Positions 1 through 15,809 are shown, counted from the first letter of the stretch. The stretch: 64,000 nt of DNA from Octopus vulgaris (GCA_951406725.2 OX597826.1:28830001-28894000); one strand, 5' to 3'. Program-made: numbers and translations. Notes: generated by a model from the sequence alone, not told the origin.

Positions 1-703
1 ACAAATATATAAGGATACCATGCATTCATCACTTCAAGCTAAAACTTATATTCTTTAAATATCATTTTTACTATTGTTGTTATTACTATCATTTTTATTA
101 TATATGATATAACAATCTGAAATGTAATTATTAATTTTGTCCATGCAAATTTATATAATTAGAAAATAATATAAATAAAGTGTTAAAATCTGAAAGTTAA
201 GTTAACAAACAATTATATAAAAAAGATAATGCAAATGAAGCTAAAATGATAATTTTATAATTTGGGGTTTATTAGCAGCCTTTATTGCAGGGGAGTTTGA
301 GAAACACAAATTGAAGAACTCAAAAGAGTTGTCTCCCCTTATTCACAACACAGGAACTGAAGAACACATGGTCTTAATCCCATTGGATCCTAATACCTCA
401 AGGTAATTTTTTTCGTGAACAATCATTAAACTCAAGATACACAACGAATTCACAATGTATCGGAGTACTTATTTTTTAATTTTTGTACATATTTATTATT
501 ATTCTTTTGCAAAAAAACCATGCAACTTGCTTTTTTCCCCCTTTCTCACTTTAAAAATTTTTTTTACCTAACTATTCTTGATAAGTCACATTATGACGAA
601 AACTGGTTTGAATAAATATATATTTATATATTTTATCAATTTCTCATTTCATTAAAATTTTCTTTCAATTTAGCATTCTGCATTTTTACAATTTTTCCTT
701 GCT

Positions 704-802
<99 letters not shown>

Positions 803-1599
803 CATGCATATATGGGTACAGGACGTCACCAATGGTGCAAATAACATGAAATACATAAACAAATGAGGGGAACCGAATAAAATATGTAAATAACAAGAAA
901 AAATAGAAAACAAACAGGACAAGTAAACACAGAGAAAGGACCCTTCATCAGTTGTAGGCTGTCTATCTACTCCTCATTTCGAGCATTCAATGACAATATG
1001 AGTCTTCAAAGACAGTTGCTCTCATAAGTTCTCAAATAAAATTGAGGATTTATGGAGGGTCAAAGTTGGGAACAAAAAAATGACAATGGAGACATACAAG
1101 GAAACCAAACGAAAACAAACATGGATGGTCGTTAGATCAGAACGAGAAGAAAATAGTGAACGCTGGGAGAAGCATTTTTTGAAAAGAGAAAAGATAGAAG
1201 AGAGGGAGAGAAAATACGTCCGTTCTTTTCAACGTCCGTGCAGGAAAAGAAAGATGGTCACGTGAGAAAAAGAAAGATGGACGATGGTCACGTGTAAGCA
1301 ACGAGAGAGAGAGAGAGAAAGAGAAAGAAAGGTGGGGAGATAGATAGATAGAAAACAGTGAAGGAAGGAGGGAGAGTAAACGGGAATTAGAGAAGGATGG
1401 AAGAAGAAAACTATATATACTATTATACATACTTTTATTCGGGGAATAACGTGTAGTTGAAAGAGATATTAAGTTTGTATCTTGGGACGTCTGTATCTTG
1501 GGATGTCTGTACGTTGGGACAATAAAAACATAATGGGGACGAACACCAACACCCTAAGTTGCTGGCTCGAATAATAGTTTTGACATATCTTTCTCAGCA

Positions 1600-1892
1600 T
1601 GAAACCAATGATTGTCTTATGCTGTTATACACCACTGGTCACAACGCATTTTCACATCGTTTTTTAGCATTCGAGTGATGCCAACCGGCTGGTTAGACAA
1701 ACTGGTTGGGATTCCCCACTGATCGGAAGCCTAGTCCGTCGCAGGGTTGCTCATTTACAGCTGAGTGGACTGCAGCAACATGAAATGGAGTGCCTTGCTC
1801 AAGACTTCAACGTGTTGATCGGTCCCGAAATCGAAACAACAATTTAGCGATGGCGACTGCAGCGCACTAACTGGTAGACTACGCACCTTCAC
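1600..1892 (-). mobile_element. SINE family C copy
   Basis: Shares TGAGTGGACTGCAGCAACATGAAATG with ~47388-47413; decayed tRNA head. Confidence 0.7.
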
Positions 1893-1911
1893 ACATATAT
1901 GCACACACAGG

Positions 1912-1948
<37 letters not shown>

Positions 1949-2437
1949 CTTACACATATCGCACGCCACGTATAGTAGTAGGAGAGCGCCATATATACAA
2001 ATGTATACATACATACATCTGTACATGTATATATATATATGTGTGTATGTGTGTGTATATATATATATATATAATTATATGCATATATATATATGCATAT
2101 ATACATTTATATATATACATACCTTATACATACTTGTGTGCATATATGTGTGTGTACTTATATGTACATATATACATACATTATACATATGTGTGGATGT
2201 GTATGTACACCTGTCTGTATCCGTGTTTATATTTCCATCGATCCAAAGAGCGCTTATGTCACGTCTCTCCATAACCCTAAACTTAGCGGTTCGTCAAATA
2301 CTAGTCGATTATATAAATGCCAGAATAATATACTGCATATCGGGTTCGATGTTCAAATGTGATTTATTGAATTCTTGAAGGCGGAAAAACCTGCAAAAAC
2401 GGATTCCAATTACTGAGAGCAATAAACGGATAACGGA

Positions 2438-2501
<64 letters not shown>

Positions 2502-2661
2502 ATGTGTATGTATGTATAAACAAACATATATGTATACATTCATACATAGTCATACATATGTGAATCACTTAATAATATATCTTTACCAGGATAATATCTT
2601 CCGCCCAGAGACACCGAAGAACGATGACGGGGTAAAATAATTATATCGCCTGTATCCAAAT

Positions 2662-2747
<86 letters not shown>

Positions 2748-3703
2748 GTGTGTGTGTGTGTGTGTGTATACACATTTATATATGTATATATACATGCACA
2801 CACACACACACATATATAAAGAGATAGAGGGTGGGGAGTATAGGGACTAAGCGAAGCGAACAGAAAGTAATAAAATGAACGCAAACGGATTGCTTTGTTT
2901 TATTTTATTTTAGTCATTTTTTTATGTAAATATAAGGTAAATAAATAAATATATAAACTAACACATAAATCAAGCAAGAAAGAAATAAAAGAAAGGAAAG
3001 AGAAAGAAAGAGAAAGAAATAGCAGTAGAAGGAAGAGATAGAAAAAAACAAGAGAAGAAACTGCCTTTAAAAATATGGCAGTTGAGAAATGCAAAATACA
3101 AAAATATAAATATATATAATATAATAATAAAAACCTGTATAATCCAGCCCTTATCATCGATTGGATGATAACTACCTTCATCAGAGGATAACCCTTAATG
3201 AATCGCAGGCCTAATTTGATCTATGTCCGATTAATCAGCTCGTAATCCTTTCAATGCTTGTTAGTGAGTTTGCAAATGGCGGACAAGGCGTACATGATGA
3301 ACAAGAGCGGCGGATAGGAGAGTTCCACTCGCTGGTAATAACGCCGCTACGCTTTTTAACACCTCACCGCCAGCCTGTTTGTTTCCATAACGAGGCTTTA
3401 TAATACACGGCTCAGAAATCGAGCTGTGACTAATCCGCATTTAATGCGCAGGCGATGGGGGTGAAAGGCCATTGCAAAAATGTCAATCAGCCAAACCTAA
3501 TAAGATGCATCATTTTCGAAGCCTTTCCCCGAAATATGATATGATGTGTGATATGTGTGTGTGTGTGTGTGTGTGTGTTTGTATGTGTGTGTGTGTGTGT
3601 GTACTTGTGTGTGTATGTATATATATGTACGTATGTTCATATATATCTGTGTGTATATGTATACGTATATGTATGCATATATATAGATATATGTATCTAT
3701 ATC

Positions 3704-3762
<59 letters not shown>

Positions 3763-4072
3763 GTATATATATACATACATGCATACATACACCCATTTGC
3801 ACATACATAGTCACTTGCGTACGCAGACGAATATGTATTACATTTTACACATAGCTTCACAAGCATGTGCATACACGCGCGCGTGCGCCCTCTCCGTAAG
3901 TATATACATATATGTATGCATGTATATATATATATGTATGTATATACATTACAACGCTAAATGATATATGCTTGTGTCGGTATGTGTACGTGTTCGCACG
4001 TATGTAAATATGTATATACATCGATATGCACTTATGTATATGTGTGTGTGTATATATAAGTGCGTGTGCAGG

Positions 4073-4178
<106 letters not shown>

Positions 4179-4683
4179 TATATATATATAGATACATGTG
4201 TGAGCATGAGTGTGTGTGGACATAAATACACCAATAGATATATCGTGATTCCTGCACATATATGTTTTAACAAAGCATACATACATAGAGAAATATGTGT
4301 CTATGTATGTACACATGTACATGTGTATATATCCATGTATTATATATATATATGCGTACACTCATACACACACACATGCAGACGCTCACGCGCGTGCACG
4401 TACTCTCACATACACATATATTTGTTGATTATTTGTTTGTGGAGGTTGTGTATAATACATATTATGCAATAATAGGAATTATACGTAGCATTTGATATCA
4501 ACCTTATCACCATCATCATCATCATCATCATCGTCGTCGTCGTCGTCGTTGTCATCATCATCAACGTCGTCGTCTTTGTCATCATCATTGTCATCGTTAT
4601 CATCATCATCATCATCGTATTCACCATCATCATCATCATCGTCATCACCAGAATCATCATCGTCATCATCATCATCATCATCG

Positions 4684-4739
<56 letters not shown>

Positions 4740-5035
4740 GTCGTCGTCGTCGTCATCGTCACCACCCTCTACCCCACAGAAATCGTTCACGCGATCGCCT
4801 TCAGTATAATTCAGCATTCTGTCTGGACCCTAACCCTTACTTCCCTAAAACACTAATCACATTCTCCCTGCGCGGCATTTCACTCAACAGATACCCTACC
4901 CACAGTTTAGGTGCATGCGTCTCACACTTCTGAGAGATATTAGAGTCAAGATGTATCGGCGCTAAATCGGTCCCTTGGAAACATCTATCATGTGGAGAGC
5001 GGAAACTTACATGCATGGGAAATTGCTAGTCCTAA

Positions 5036-5074
<39 letters not shown>

Positions 5075-6335
5075 TACAAAGTAAATATTACTAGGCATCA
5101 CACACAGACACAGATAAGAGGCTAACTTTGATTGACGGAGGAAAAATGACTTCAGACATACGAAAATATAAGCTGGTTCCGACATTGTATATTCATCTAT
5201 CTATCTTTGCTCAATATTCCAAAGAAGGCCGTTGGGTAGAGTTCTCATTTAGTTCCTCTATAGAGTTCTATCAGAAGCAATCGTCATTAGACTTCCCTGC
5301 TTGATTCCAAAGTGTGATCGACTGGGACAATAGATATTATTCATCGATCTCGTTCCTGGCCTACCTCTAAGTCTCCTGCTGGTTTGTTCGGCTTGAAGAA
5401 GCTGTGTTGCGATTCTTTCCTGCGGTATTCTCATCGCAACCGACCAGATATTCTGTCGTAGGAATATTGCTTAGGATGCTCGCTTGCTTTGTAGACCTCG
5501 CAAAGGATTATGATTGCTCGCCGAGAAACACGTTGTGGTCTAAAGCAACAACAACAACAACAACACACGAAAACAGCACAAACAACAACAACGCCAATAA
5601 CATCAAAAACACAAAGAATAACAACGATACCACTAACAACAACGATTACATCACCATCACCACTAAAGCAACAACTACAACAACAAGAATTCTAGCGATG
5701 ATGGCGTTAACCTAACAAGACGGCCATGTTAATATCTTACGGCAGCCATGACAGTTCTTTATTGATCGGGAAGAAAAAACGCGGAAATAATGGACAACGT
5801 CATTGCTGAAGTTGATATGGTTCTTTCTGTCAAAAAAATAGTACAGTCACAGACTAAAAGCATATCAATTACCAATATGCAAATAATTCACTTACCCAGA
5901 TTCTTCTTCTTCTCACTGATGACCTCCTGTTTCTTCTTCTCTTTCTTCGTATCATAATTTCACTTATCTTCTCATTCTTTTCATTCTTTTTATTCTATTA
6001 TCTTTCATTTAATTCCATCATTTCTTTCACATGCTATTATTATTCGTTGGATTCTATCTTTCCCACCGTATTCTTTAATTTTCCTCATTCTTAACGCATT
6101 CTTTAACTCGTTTCCATGTATAATTCTTTGATTCGTTTCCATGTATGATTCTTCCAATTCTTTTATTCTGCCATTCCAAATTTTTCTTACATTCTCACAC
6201 CGTTTTTTAAAAGTTCTTATTCATTTATTCAATCATTCATTCATTCATTCATTCATTCATTCATTTATTTATTTATTTATTTTATATTACTAGCATTACT
6301 CCCTCCCCGCATCGCTCTCTCTTTATCTATTTCTA

Positions 6336-6392
<57 letters not shown>

Positions 6393-6545
6393 ATTTCTCT
6401 TATAGACACTCTAAGCCTATTTCTTAATCAATCAATAAGTCACTTTATCTATTTTTCTATACATTAGACCTACCAGGTAGTCAACCAGATGGTTACCTAC
6501 CGACTTGTCAATCAATCAATCAGTCTGTCTGACTATCTATCTATA

Positions 6546-6620
<75 letters not shown>

Positions 6621-6809
6621 ATCTATCTATATCTATCTATTTAATTATCTATTGTTACACCTCTCTACCTCTATATAAATCCCCCTATCAACTACACTTT
6701 CGTTCCCATATATATGTGTGTATGTATCTGTGTTCGTAAACATACACACACATATTATACATACACACACATACACACACCCACACATATATATATATAT
6801 ATATGTATG

Positions 6810-6864
<55 letters not shown>

Positions 6865-6999
6865 GCTCTATATGCATATTTATATACAGGTGTCTGTATG
6901 AAATCATATACATACCACACACATATATACGACAGGGTTCTGCGTAGTTTCCGTTTACTCAAACGATTTGTCGCTTAAACAATAAGAAATTTGGTTACG

Positions 7000-7320
7000 C
7001 AAGAAGTTCTTTTAGAAATTCGATTTCAAATCCATAAGAATATTTCGTAGAGAATTTTCCAACGTCTCGACAAACCCACGTGGATAACGTTTTGTATTAT
7101 ATGCGATGTTTCAAGCCGTACCAGCGTTTGAAATCTGGAAGAAAATCCATCGAAGACGATTCCAAATCTGGACGCCCGTCTACGGAAAACAATGACAATG
7201 GCACTGATAAAGACTGGATTGTGAATGTAGGAAATCGATACAAGGCAGTGAGTGAAGATTCCGAAGAAGCTTGCATCGGTAAAAGATCTTTTAAAAGAAG
7301 GATTGAAGATGTAACGTGTT
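7000..7320 (+). mobile_element. Mariner transposase N-terminal fragment
   Basis: KSGRKSIEDDSKSGRPST is the mariner HTH-linker (GRP) motif. Confidence 0.55.
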
Positions 7321-7857
7321 ACTGGACGATTCTAGTGAAAGATAGAGAAATAGAGAACTGAGTCTGGATTATTTGATTGTCTAAGTACTTTTAGCTTTTA
7401 CTTGTTTCAGTTAGAAGACTGTGACCATGCTGGAGCATCGCCTTGAAGGGTTTTAGTAAAAAAAATTGCTCCACGGTACTTATTTTAGTCTTGTACTTAT
7501 TCTATCCTTCTCTGTTACCGAACCGCTAAGTAACTGCAGGGATGTAAACAAAATAGCATCGGTTGTCAAGCGTGGCTTGACAGACACAAACACAAAGAAA
7601 TACATGTGTACATGCATACATACAAACATGCGCGTGTATACATACATACATTCAAACAAATATATATATATATATATGATTGTGTGTGGGTATATATGTG
7701 CGTGTGTGTGTGTGTGTGTATAGATAGATATACATATGTATGTATAAATACATATATTTACACATACATTCGTATATGTAAGTGTGGATATGTGTGTATA
7801 CATACATATACGTATATTCCTTTCTGTTTTTAAAAATGGCTGTTTTCGACTGACCTT

Positions 7858-8074
7858 AAACATCTACCGTCATGACTTCATCTCACATAAATCCTACCGG
7901 TGTCACTGTTAATCTGGAAGTTGCCAGTGGTGGTCAGTACCTCTCCGATTTTGCTGTCCAGGCTGCGTCGCTCCTCGAGGGACCAGTCCAAGACACCAAA
8001 TATTGGAACTAACACTATTACTAGAAACGCTTTGTGAAATACGGTCTTGTTAAATACAGACAGCTCTGAGTTCC
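7858..8074 (-). mobile_element. R4-clade LINE fragment (region after the RT core)
   Basis: WNSELSVFNKT..PIFGVLDWSLEE..LD..TTTGNFQINSDTGRIYVR parallels the region seen at 10.4-10.6 kb. Confidence 0.6.
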
Positions 8075-8439
8075 ATACATACATCCATCCATCCATCCAT
8101 CCATCCATCCATCCATACATACATACATACATACACACATACGAACATACGTACATACATACATGCATACATATATGCATACATACGTACATACATAAAT
8201 GCATACATACGTACATACATAAATACATGCATACATACGTACATACGCACATACATACATACATACATACATACATACATACATACATACATACATACAT
8301 ACCCTATTGTTAATGTTGAAATTCCAATGAAGAAGTCTTAGATCTAGGTTAGAAATCGCTTCTTTCTCTATTGGCAAGAATTCTTCAAATAGAACTGAAC
8401 AATGACATACATACATGCATACATACACACATACATACA

Positions 8440-8470
<31 letters not shown>

Positions 8471-8599
8471 GAACATACGTATGTATGTATATATGCATGT
8501 ATGTATGTATGTATGTATGTATGTATGTATGTATGTATGTATGTATGTATGTATGTATGCGTGCGTGTGTGCCTTCGCACGCGTGTGTATGTATGTATG

Positions 8600-8630
<31 letters not shown>

Positions 8631-8914
8631 GAACATACATATGTATGCATGTATTTACGCATGTACCTAAGGAGTTTGAAGTTGTGAGCGTATATCTGCG
8701 CCAGGAAACTTAGAGTAATGCGGAACTGAATAAAGTCGTTGTTACACTTTCATTTCCAACTGCATATTTCGACTGTTACTGTCTTCCGTATACTTATCCT
8801 CTGCATCTATGTATGTGTACGCACATACATACATACAGACATACATACACACATACATAGACACACACATTCATACATTCATGCATACATACATACATAC
8901 ACACATGCATACAT

Positions 8915-8945
<31 letters not shown>

Positions 8946-9460
8946 TACATATATATATATATGCATATGTAAAGGAAAACATACATCTACACATATACAT
9001 ACACACATGCACACACACATACATATATATATATGTATACATACTTATACACATACATAAACAATATACATTTTTATACATACATGTGTGTATGTGTATG
9101 TCTACATGAGTATGTGTGTACATGTGTGTGCGGGAGCGTGTTTGCCCTTGCTTGGTTGCTTGCGTGCATGTATACAGGGATGGGTGAGAGGGGGGTAAGG
9201 GAATTTTGTTTGATCAGGTAAACCCTCGCCGCAACACACACACAGGTACTCTCCTCACACACATACAGAAGCAAGGAAAAACAACAACAACAACAACAAC
9301 ATGCATATAAACCTAATAATCCCTTTTTATGAGCTTGCTATCCATCTCCATAAAAATTGACAATATTTTTGTTTAGAGTGTGTATTACATGTTATATTTC
9401 ATGCTGCTCACATTTCATGCTTATATTTCATGTTTTCCGTTTTTGTTCGATTTTGTTAGT

Positions 9461-9523
<63 letters not shown>

Positions 9524-10005
9524 CGTTGTTTGGAGGGTTTTATTTTTGGCTTTTTTTATCAAAGAAATATCAAACGGAATGGCGTTCGGGATAAAGAGGA
9601 AAGGGAGAAAAAAAAAAAGAAAATTTCAAAGAAATAAATGGGAATAAAACAACAACAAGAACAATGCCGAAACAAATTCGTTCTTCTCATCTGGCTTCTA
9701 AATTTAACCATCAAAATCTCACGCTGTGGTGGTCGCTTCTACGTGGTTACTCGGCATGCTAGAAATAACAGCCGAATTTTCCTCAGTCTACATCAGGCAG
9801 GGGCAATCTTTTTCGAGAAGTGGGACACATGAAACATGGTTCATCACCATGCTGTCCGCACTTATAAAAAATTATACATGTGATTTTTTTCCCCTCGTAC
9901 AATTAGGCAGGCAATTCAGAAAGTCTCGCGGGCCGCAGTTTGCTCTGTGACTGCTCTAGAAAAGGATATAGTTTCTAAAGTAACACTGGATATACGATAT
10001 CTGCA

Positions 10006-10077
<72 letters not shown>

Positions 10078-10289
10078 CCTATCTGTTATAAGCACATGGC
10101 TTAAAACTTGCGGGCAGGAGGTAAGTCGATTATATCGACCCCAGTGCGTGACTGGTACTTATTTAATCGACCTCGAAATGATGAAAGGCAAAGTTGACCT
10201 CGGCGGAACTTGAACTCAGAACGTGCAGACAGACGAAATACCGCTAAGCATTTATCCCGGCGTGCTAACGAGTCTGCCAGCTCGCCGCC
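10078..10289 (-). mobile_element. Family-A SINE monomer with (TTA)n tail
   Basis: A and B boxes plus core as in 42081-42497; tail runs into (TAA)n at 10006-10077. Confidence 0.8.
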
Positions 10290-12945
10290 CAGATAACAGC
10301 AGTAGAGAGAATGGAAAACTTGGATGATGATGAGTAGAAGTACTTTGGGATCCTGGGGCTGGACAATATCTTACGTGAAGAAATGAAAGACAAGGTTATC
10401 ACTGCATATTTCAAACGCCTTAAACTTCTCTTGAGATCAAAACTCAACTCAAGGAACCTTCTGACTGCCATCAACAAATGGGTGGTTGCTGTTGTCCGCT
10501 ATTGTGCACCCATCCTGAAATGGACACAAGAGGAGATTAACAAACTCGACCTCACTACCTGAAAGACAATGACAGAGTATGGTGCCCTCCACCCTTTGGC
10601 AAATGTACACAGGCTCTACATGAAGAGGTGTAAATGTGGATGTGGGCTGATTAGCGTATGGAAGTTCATCAACAGTGAAAGAAGAAATATGGCAGAATAT
10701 TTGGTAAACAGCAAACAAGACCTACTACAGTATGTTGCTAATGCAGAAGGATTTAGCAAAAATGGACTTGAGAGTGCTCATGAATTCCGATCAAGAACAG
10801 CCAACGAGAGAGAAGAAACCCTACTCCGTATGGAATTACATGGTCAGTTCCACCGTGAAACCAACAAATGAAAAGACCAGGAAGCATGATGGAGGTGGTT
10901 AAACAAGGGTGACCTAAAAAAGAATACTGAAAGCCTAATCATCGCTGCTCAGGACCAGGCATTGAATACCAACTCAGCGAAAAATAATACACACAGGCAT
11001 GCAGGAAGTAAATAGACACCTTTAATTTTTTAAATTTCTGATCTAAGCGTCTTAATATGTTTTCAGCGGTGTAGAATTTATAATGTAATTATTCTTTTTC
11101 ATTCCCTGTGCCATTATATTAAACATTTGCGAAGAGTAACCATACCACGCACAAAAAATTCAGCAGAACTGTCGGATTTTCAAAGAGGTCGTATTGTTGG
11201 GCAATCTGAGGCTGGTCTTAGCCAGCGAAAAATTGCCGAAAACCTTCAAATTCTTCTTGCTACTGTTAACAGAATTATAGTGCAATTCAAAAGCCAAGGA
11301 AAAGAATCAACAGATTCTCGTCCCGGCCGACCTGAGCTCTCGGAAAGGAAGCTTCGCTGTTTGAAGAGTATTGTGGAAAACGAACCCCGTTCGAAGGCTT
11401 CTGACATTGCAAAACAGCTAGAAGTTAGTCTAAGAACGTGTGTTACATATCTACATAAGCTTGGGCATTATGGATGAGCAGCTAGAAGAAAACCTCTCCT
11501 TCAACCAATCAATATCATGAAAAGAAAGAAATGGGCTAAGAAGATGTCAGAAAAATCCAGTTCATTTTGGGATAGAGCGATTGTCTCCGTTGAATTTGCA
11601 TTATTTTGAGACAGTGGACGTGTTTGGGTCTGGGAACTTCCCAATCAAGAATTTGATTTGAAACGACTCCAACCAACTGTGAAACATGGCAGTATCTCTA
11701 ATGGTATGGGGAGCTTTCACCAGCAATGGTCGTTCTGAGCTGATCGAATGTGTTGGAACCATAAACTCTGAATAATACATCGAAATACTGAAGCAAGGAC
11801 TACTACCGGTGTATTCACACGATAACAACGAAAAATGAGTTTTTATTAATGGAAGATGGGGCTCCATGTCACACAGCGAAAAGGAATCAACAATGTCTTA
11901 CTGAAAATGGGATCAAACAGATTCCTTGGCCGAGCAAATCTCCTGACATGAACCCAATTGAAAATCTTTGGAGTATAATAGATAGAGCTATGCAAAAAAC
12001 TTGACAGAAGCCTAAATCTAAAGATGAATTGTTTCGATTGTTGCTTGAAAAGTGCGCAGAAATTCCACAAGAGACAATCAGAAAGCTCATCAGTTCAATG
12101 CCACAAAGAGTTTCTGCATTAAAATCTGCAAAGGGAACCTCAACTAAATACTAAAGTATATAGTCCTACCTATCGATTACATTTCAATTGTTCACTTTGT
12201 GTATTAAATAAAAGATTTTGAAAATTAAAGGTGTCCATTTACTTCCTCATGTCTGCGTATACCATACAAGTGCAACGGACCTCTGCAAAATGACTCACAT
12301 TGTTAGTGCTTGTGAAAGTTTTGCGCAGAAAGAGTACAAACGTAGACACGACGACAAGATAGCCCAAAACCTCCTGTGGCTGCTATGCCGCAAGGATATG
12401 AGGTTATGAGTTCTTGGTACCAACATATACCGAAAAAGGTAATACACGAAAAGAGGAAGGCAAAAATCCTCTGGGACTTCTATTTCCTAACAGACAAAGT
12501 GTTAGAGCACCGAAGGCCAGATTTAGTAACCTTTAGGAGGGACAAACAAGAATGCCTAATAATTGATATGGTAGCGCCATGAGATCAACATATCCTCATG
12601 AAAAAAGGGAAGAGGCTGATAAATATGGAGACCTGAGAATTGAGATCGTCAAGATGTGGCAGCTCCGAGAGTGAAACATAAAGGTTATCCCTATTGTGAT
12701 CGGAGCATTGGGTTCAATACTACCCAATCTAAAAAAGACAAAACAAAAAACATCTGAAAACTTTGGAGATACCCTACAATCTGGGTGTATTTCAAAAGTC
12801 GGCATTACTTGGAATTGCACACATATTGCGTAAAGTACTGTCTGTCTGAGGTCCTTGTTTTGACTTGACAAACAGTACAAATCCCTGGTAGATATAATAT
12901 CTTCAATCAACAACCTCACAATATTGTATATTGTGCAACGTCTAT
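10290..12945 (+). mobile_element. 5'-truncated, decayed R4/Dong-clade (RLE-type) non-LTR retrotransposon, interrupted by Tc1
   Basis: Translated pieces KYFGILG, RSKLNSRN, GALHPLANVHRLYMKR, LHGQF, ESLIIAAQDQALNTN, HIVSAC, YKRRHD, ILWDF..TD..LEHRRPDL..LIID, IPIVIGALG, LLGIAHILRKVL; ends at (TAA)n. Confidence 0.85.
10992..12257 (+). mobile_element. Full-length decayed Tc1-family (DD34E-type) DNA transposon
   Basis: Imperfect TIRs (CACAGGCATGCAGGAAGTAAATAGACACCTTTAATTTT vs reverse complement CGCAGACATGAGGAAGTAAATGGACACCTTTAATTTT); CA/TA flanks. Transposase pieces [39 protein letters not shown] with stops and frameshifts. Confidence 0.9.
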
Positions 12946-12951
12946 AATAAC

Positions 12952-13082
<131 letters not shown>

Positions 13083-13729
13083 TGATGATGATGATGATAA
13101 TAATAATAATAAAACAATATCAGAACAGCAAGGTTGTTACTCTTTTGGTTATGTATAATATGCCTGTCTCTGTTAGGAGTGACTTGGGTTTAGACAGAAA
13201 CCGAAAGAATCCTGTCGTGTATGCATACATACATACATACATACATACATACATACATACATACATACATACACACATACATACATACATACATACATAC
13301 ATACATACGTACATATATACATACATACGTACATATATACATACATTCGTTCATACATGCATGCATACATACATACATACGTACGAACGTACGTATGTAT
13401 GTATGTATGTATGCATATTAACATACGCATGTACGTATGTATGTATGTATGCATATTAACATACGCATGTATGTATGTATGTATATATGCATGTATGTAT
13501 GTATGTATGCATATTAACATACGCATGCATGTATGTATGTATGTATGTATGTATGTATGTATGTATGTATGTATGTATACTGCATATTGAGGGTGAGCAT
13601 ATCAGTAAATTAATTATCTTCAATTAACTTTCGTTGTTTGCATCTAATTATTTATAGCTAATTAAATAGATATTTAGATTATTATTACTATAAATATATT
13701 TTATATAAAATGAAATATTGAAAAAGCTA

Positions 13730-14122
13730 AGGCGTGGCTGTCGGGTAAGAAGTTTGCTTTCCAACCACAAGGTTCCGAGTTCAGTCCAACGGCGTGGCAC
13801 TTTAGGCGAATGACTTTTATTATTGCCTCGGACCAGCCAAAGCCTTGTGAGTGGATTTGGTAGACGGAAACTGAAAGAAGCCTGTTGTATATGTAAATAT
13901 ATCTAAGTGAGCGTGTCTCTGTCTCTGTATTTGTCTCCCGACACTAATTGACAACCGGGGGTGTGTTTACTTCCCCGTAACTTAGCGGTTTGGCAAAATA
14001 GGCTGATAAGTACCAGGGTTAAACTGAATAAGTTGTGGGGTCGATTCCTTCTATTGAAATTCTTCAAGGTGATGCCCCAGCATGGCCGCAGTCTAATGGT
14101 TGAAACAAATAAAAAAATAAAA
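13730..14122 (+). mobile_element. SINE family B copy
   Basis: GGCGTGGCTGTCGGGTAAG..GGTTCCGAGTTCAGTCC head and the same two modules. Confidence 0.8.
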
Positions 14123-14680
14123 GTCATTGGAATAGAGTAGAGTGTCTACCCAATGATATATCTGTGTGTGTGTGATTGTATGTATACAAGAGTGTAAGTA
14201 TGCATCAATATATTATACACATAGACACACATATATATGCTCAGCTATTGATATGTATGTATACATATATACATATATGTGTGTGTGAGTGTGTGTACAT
14301 ATGTATATATATTGGATTACAGTAGAGTATATACAGATTCATATACGTATGTGTGTGTATACGTGTGTACGTGTATGCATGTGCGTGAACGCGCGCGTGT
14401 GTGTGTGCACGTATATATTTAAGGTAAAAATGAGCGAAAAATCTTTTCAAAAATTTTAACTTTAAAATTTTGGGGTTTATTTTCTTTGTATCAAGTATTC
14501 TTACATCACACACACACATACACACGCGCACGCACATACCCACATGCATACATACACACACACACGCACACGAGAACATATTTATGCTTATCTTTCTATC
14601 TCTCTGTATTTATATATATTCGTATACGTAAGTATTCGTATGTTATATGTATATGTGTATTTATGTTACTTTCTGTGTAT

Positions 14681-14739
14681 ATTCCACTGATGAGGTAAAT
14701 CATTTCTAAATGCAAAGTCAGAAATCCGGGATCTGGAAT
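14681..14739 (+). ncRNA. Type I hammerhead ribozyme motif
   Basis: AUUCCA-CUGAUGA-(eroded stem II)-GAA-AUCCGGGAU-C/UGGAAU; perfect 6-bp stem I, near-palindromic stem III. Confidence 0.6.
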
Positions 14740-14964
14740 TATCCAGTAATTTTTTGCTTGTTTTATCTTGTCTTTTTGTCTTCTCTCCTTGTGCTGTATG
14801 GACATTTAATGTGGATTTAGAGTAAGATTTTGGCTGCTATTTTCAGCATGGTGGTATCTCGTAGATACCCTAAGTTATGATTCTAATAATAACTATTACC
14901 TTTGAAGGTTTTTATTTCCATGCCGGCCACTTGATAAGATCGTTATTTAATTCAAATTAACGAT

Positions 14965-15009
<45 letters not shown>

Positions 15010-15049
15010 TTATATATATATATGTGTGTGTGTGTGTATGCATGTGTGT

Positions 15050-15245
15050 GTGTGTTTGTCCCCACAACATCGCTTGACAACCGATGCTGGTGTGTTTACG
15101 TCCCCGTAACTTAGCGGTTCGGCAAATAAGACTGATCGAGTAAGTACTAGGCTTACAAAGAATAAGTCCTGGGGTCGATTTGTTTGACTAAAGGCCGTGC
15201 TCCAGCATGGCCGCAGTCAAATGACTGAAACAAGTAAAAAAATAA
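15050..15245 (+). mobile_element. SINE family B 3' module (another copy on the minus strand at ~7390-7590)
   Basis: CATCGCTTGACAACCGATGCTGGTGTGTTTACGTCCCCGTAACTTAGCGGTTCGGC. Confidence 0.75.
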
Positions 15246-15809
15246 ATACTAATTTTAAAAAAAGTGGGACCCGTGGAAATTCCACAGAGCGAAAAAGATT
15301 AAGAGAAGCTATTTAAAAAATATCGGCTGATTTGTATTTTTATTTTCATTTTGCTAAGTTATATCACTTCCGGTCACCATAATGTGTTATGATTTTAAAA
15401 TTCCCATCTGTTTAGCACTTTGTATTTCTCTGTTTTCTCCCTACCTCCCCAACAAACTTTTTCACCATGTAATTCTCCTCTTCGTGCCTAACGTTCTTCT
15501 CTTTCTCTTCACAGCTCACTTCCACTAACCACGTGAGTGACAGCATAATGCATCGGCTGGCTATCTGTTCTCTCACGCGTTCTCACATTCCCTCTTCCTC
15601 TCACTCCTCCTCCTCCTCTCTAACAAACTAAAGCCGTAAAGTACGAACGAACGGGTGGGAGAATAATATTAGAGATAATGGGAACTTTAAAAACTCTAAA
15701 TGGCTATGAGGGTCCACCCGAGTAAAATAGCAATCAAAGGGGTTCACATGCACAAAAAAAGTATGGCTGAGAATCACTGGGCTACAGTCAACTTACCAAG
15801 CAACAATAG

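Noticed and set aside
935-1020. Possible hammerhead on the minus strand (similar arrangement at 44430-44510 and in the 20.7/21.8/52.4-kb repeat)
   Set aside because: GAAA and CTGAWGA words are present, but I could not fold a consistent three-stem junction.
3276-3317. ATG-initiated MADKAYMMNKSGG* mini-ORF
   Set aside because: Only 13 codons, with no homology or splice support.
15690-15780. Possible hAT-type terminus (..GGCTGAGAATCACTG)
   Set aside because: No matching opposite TIR or 8-bp TSD found.
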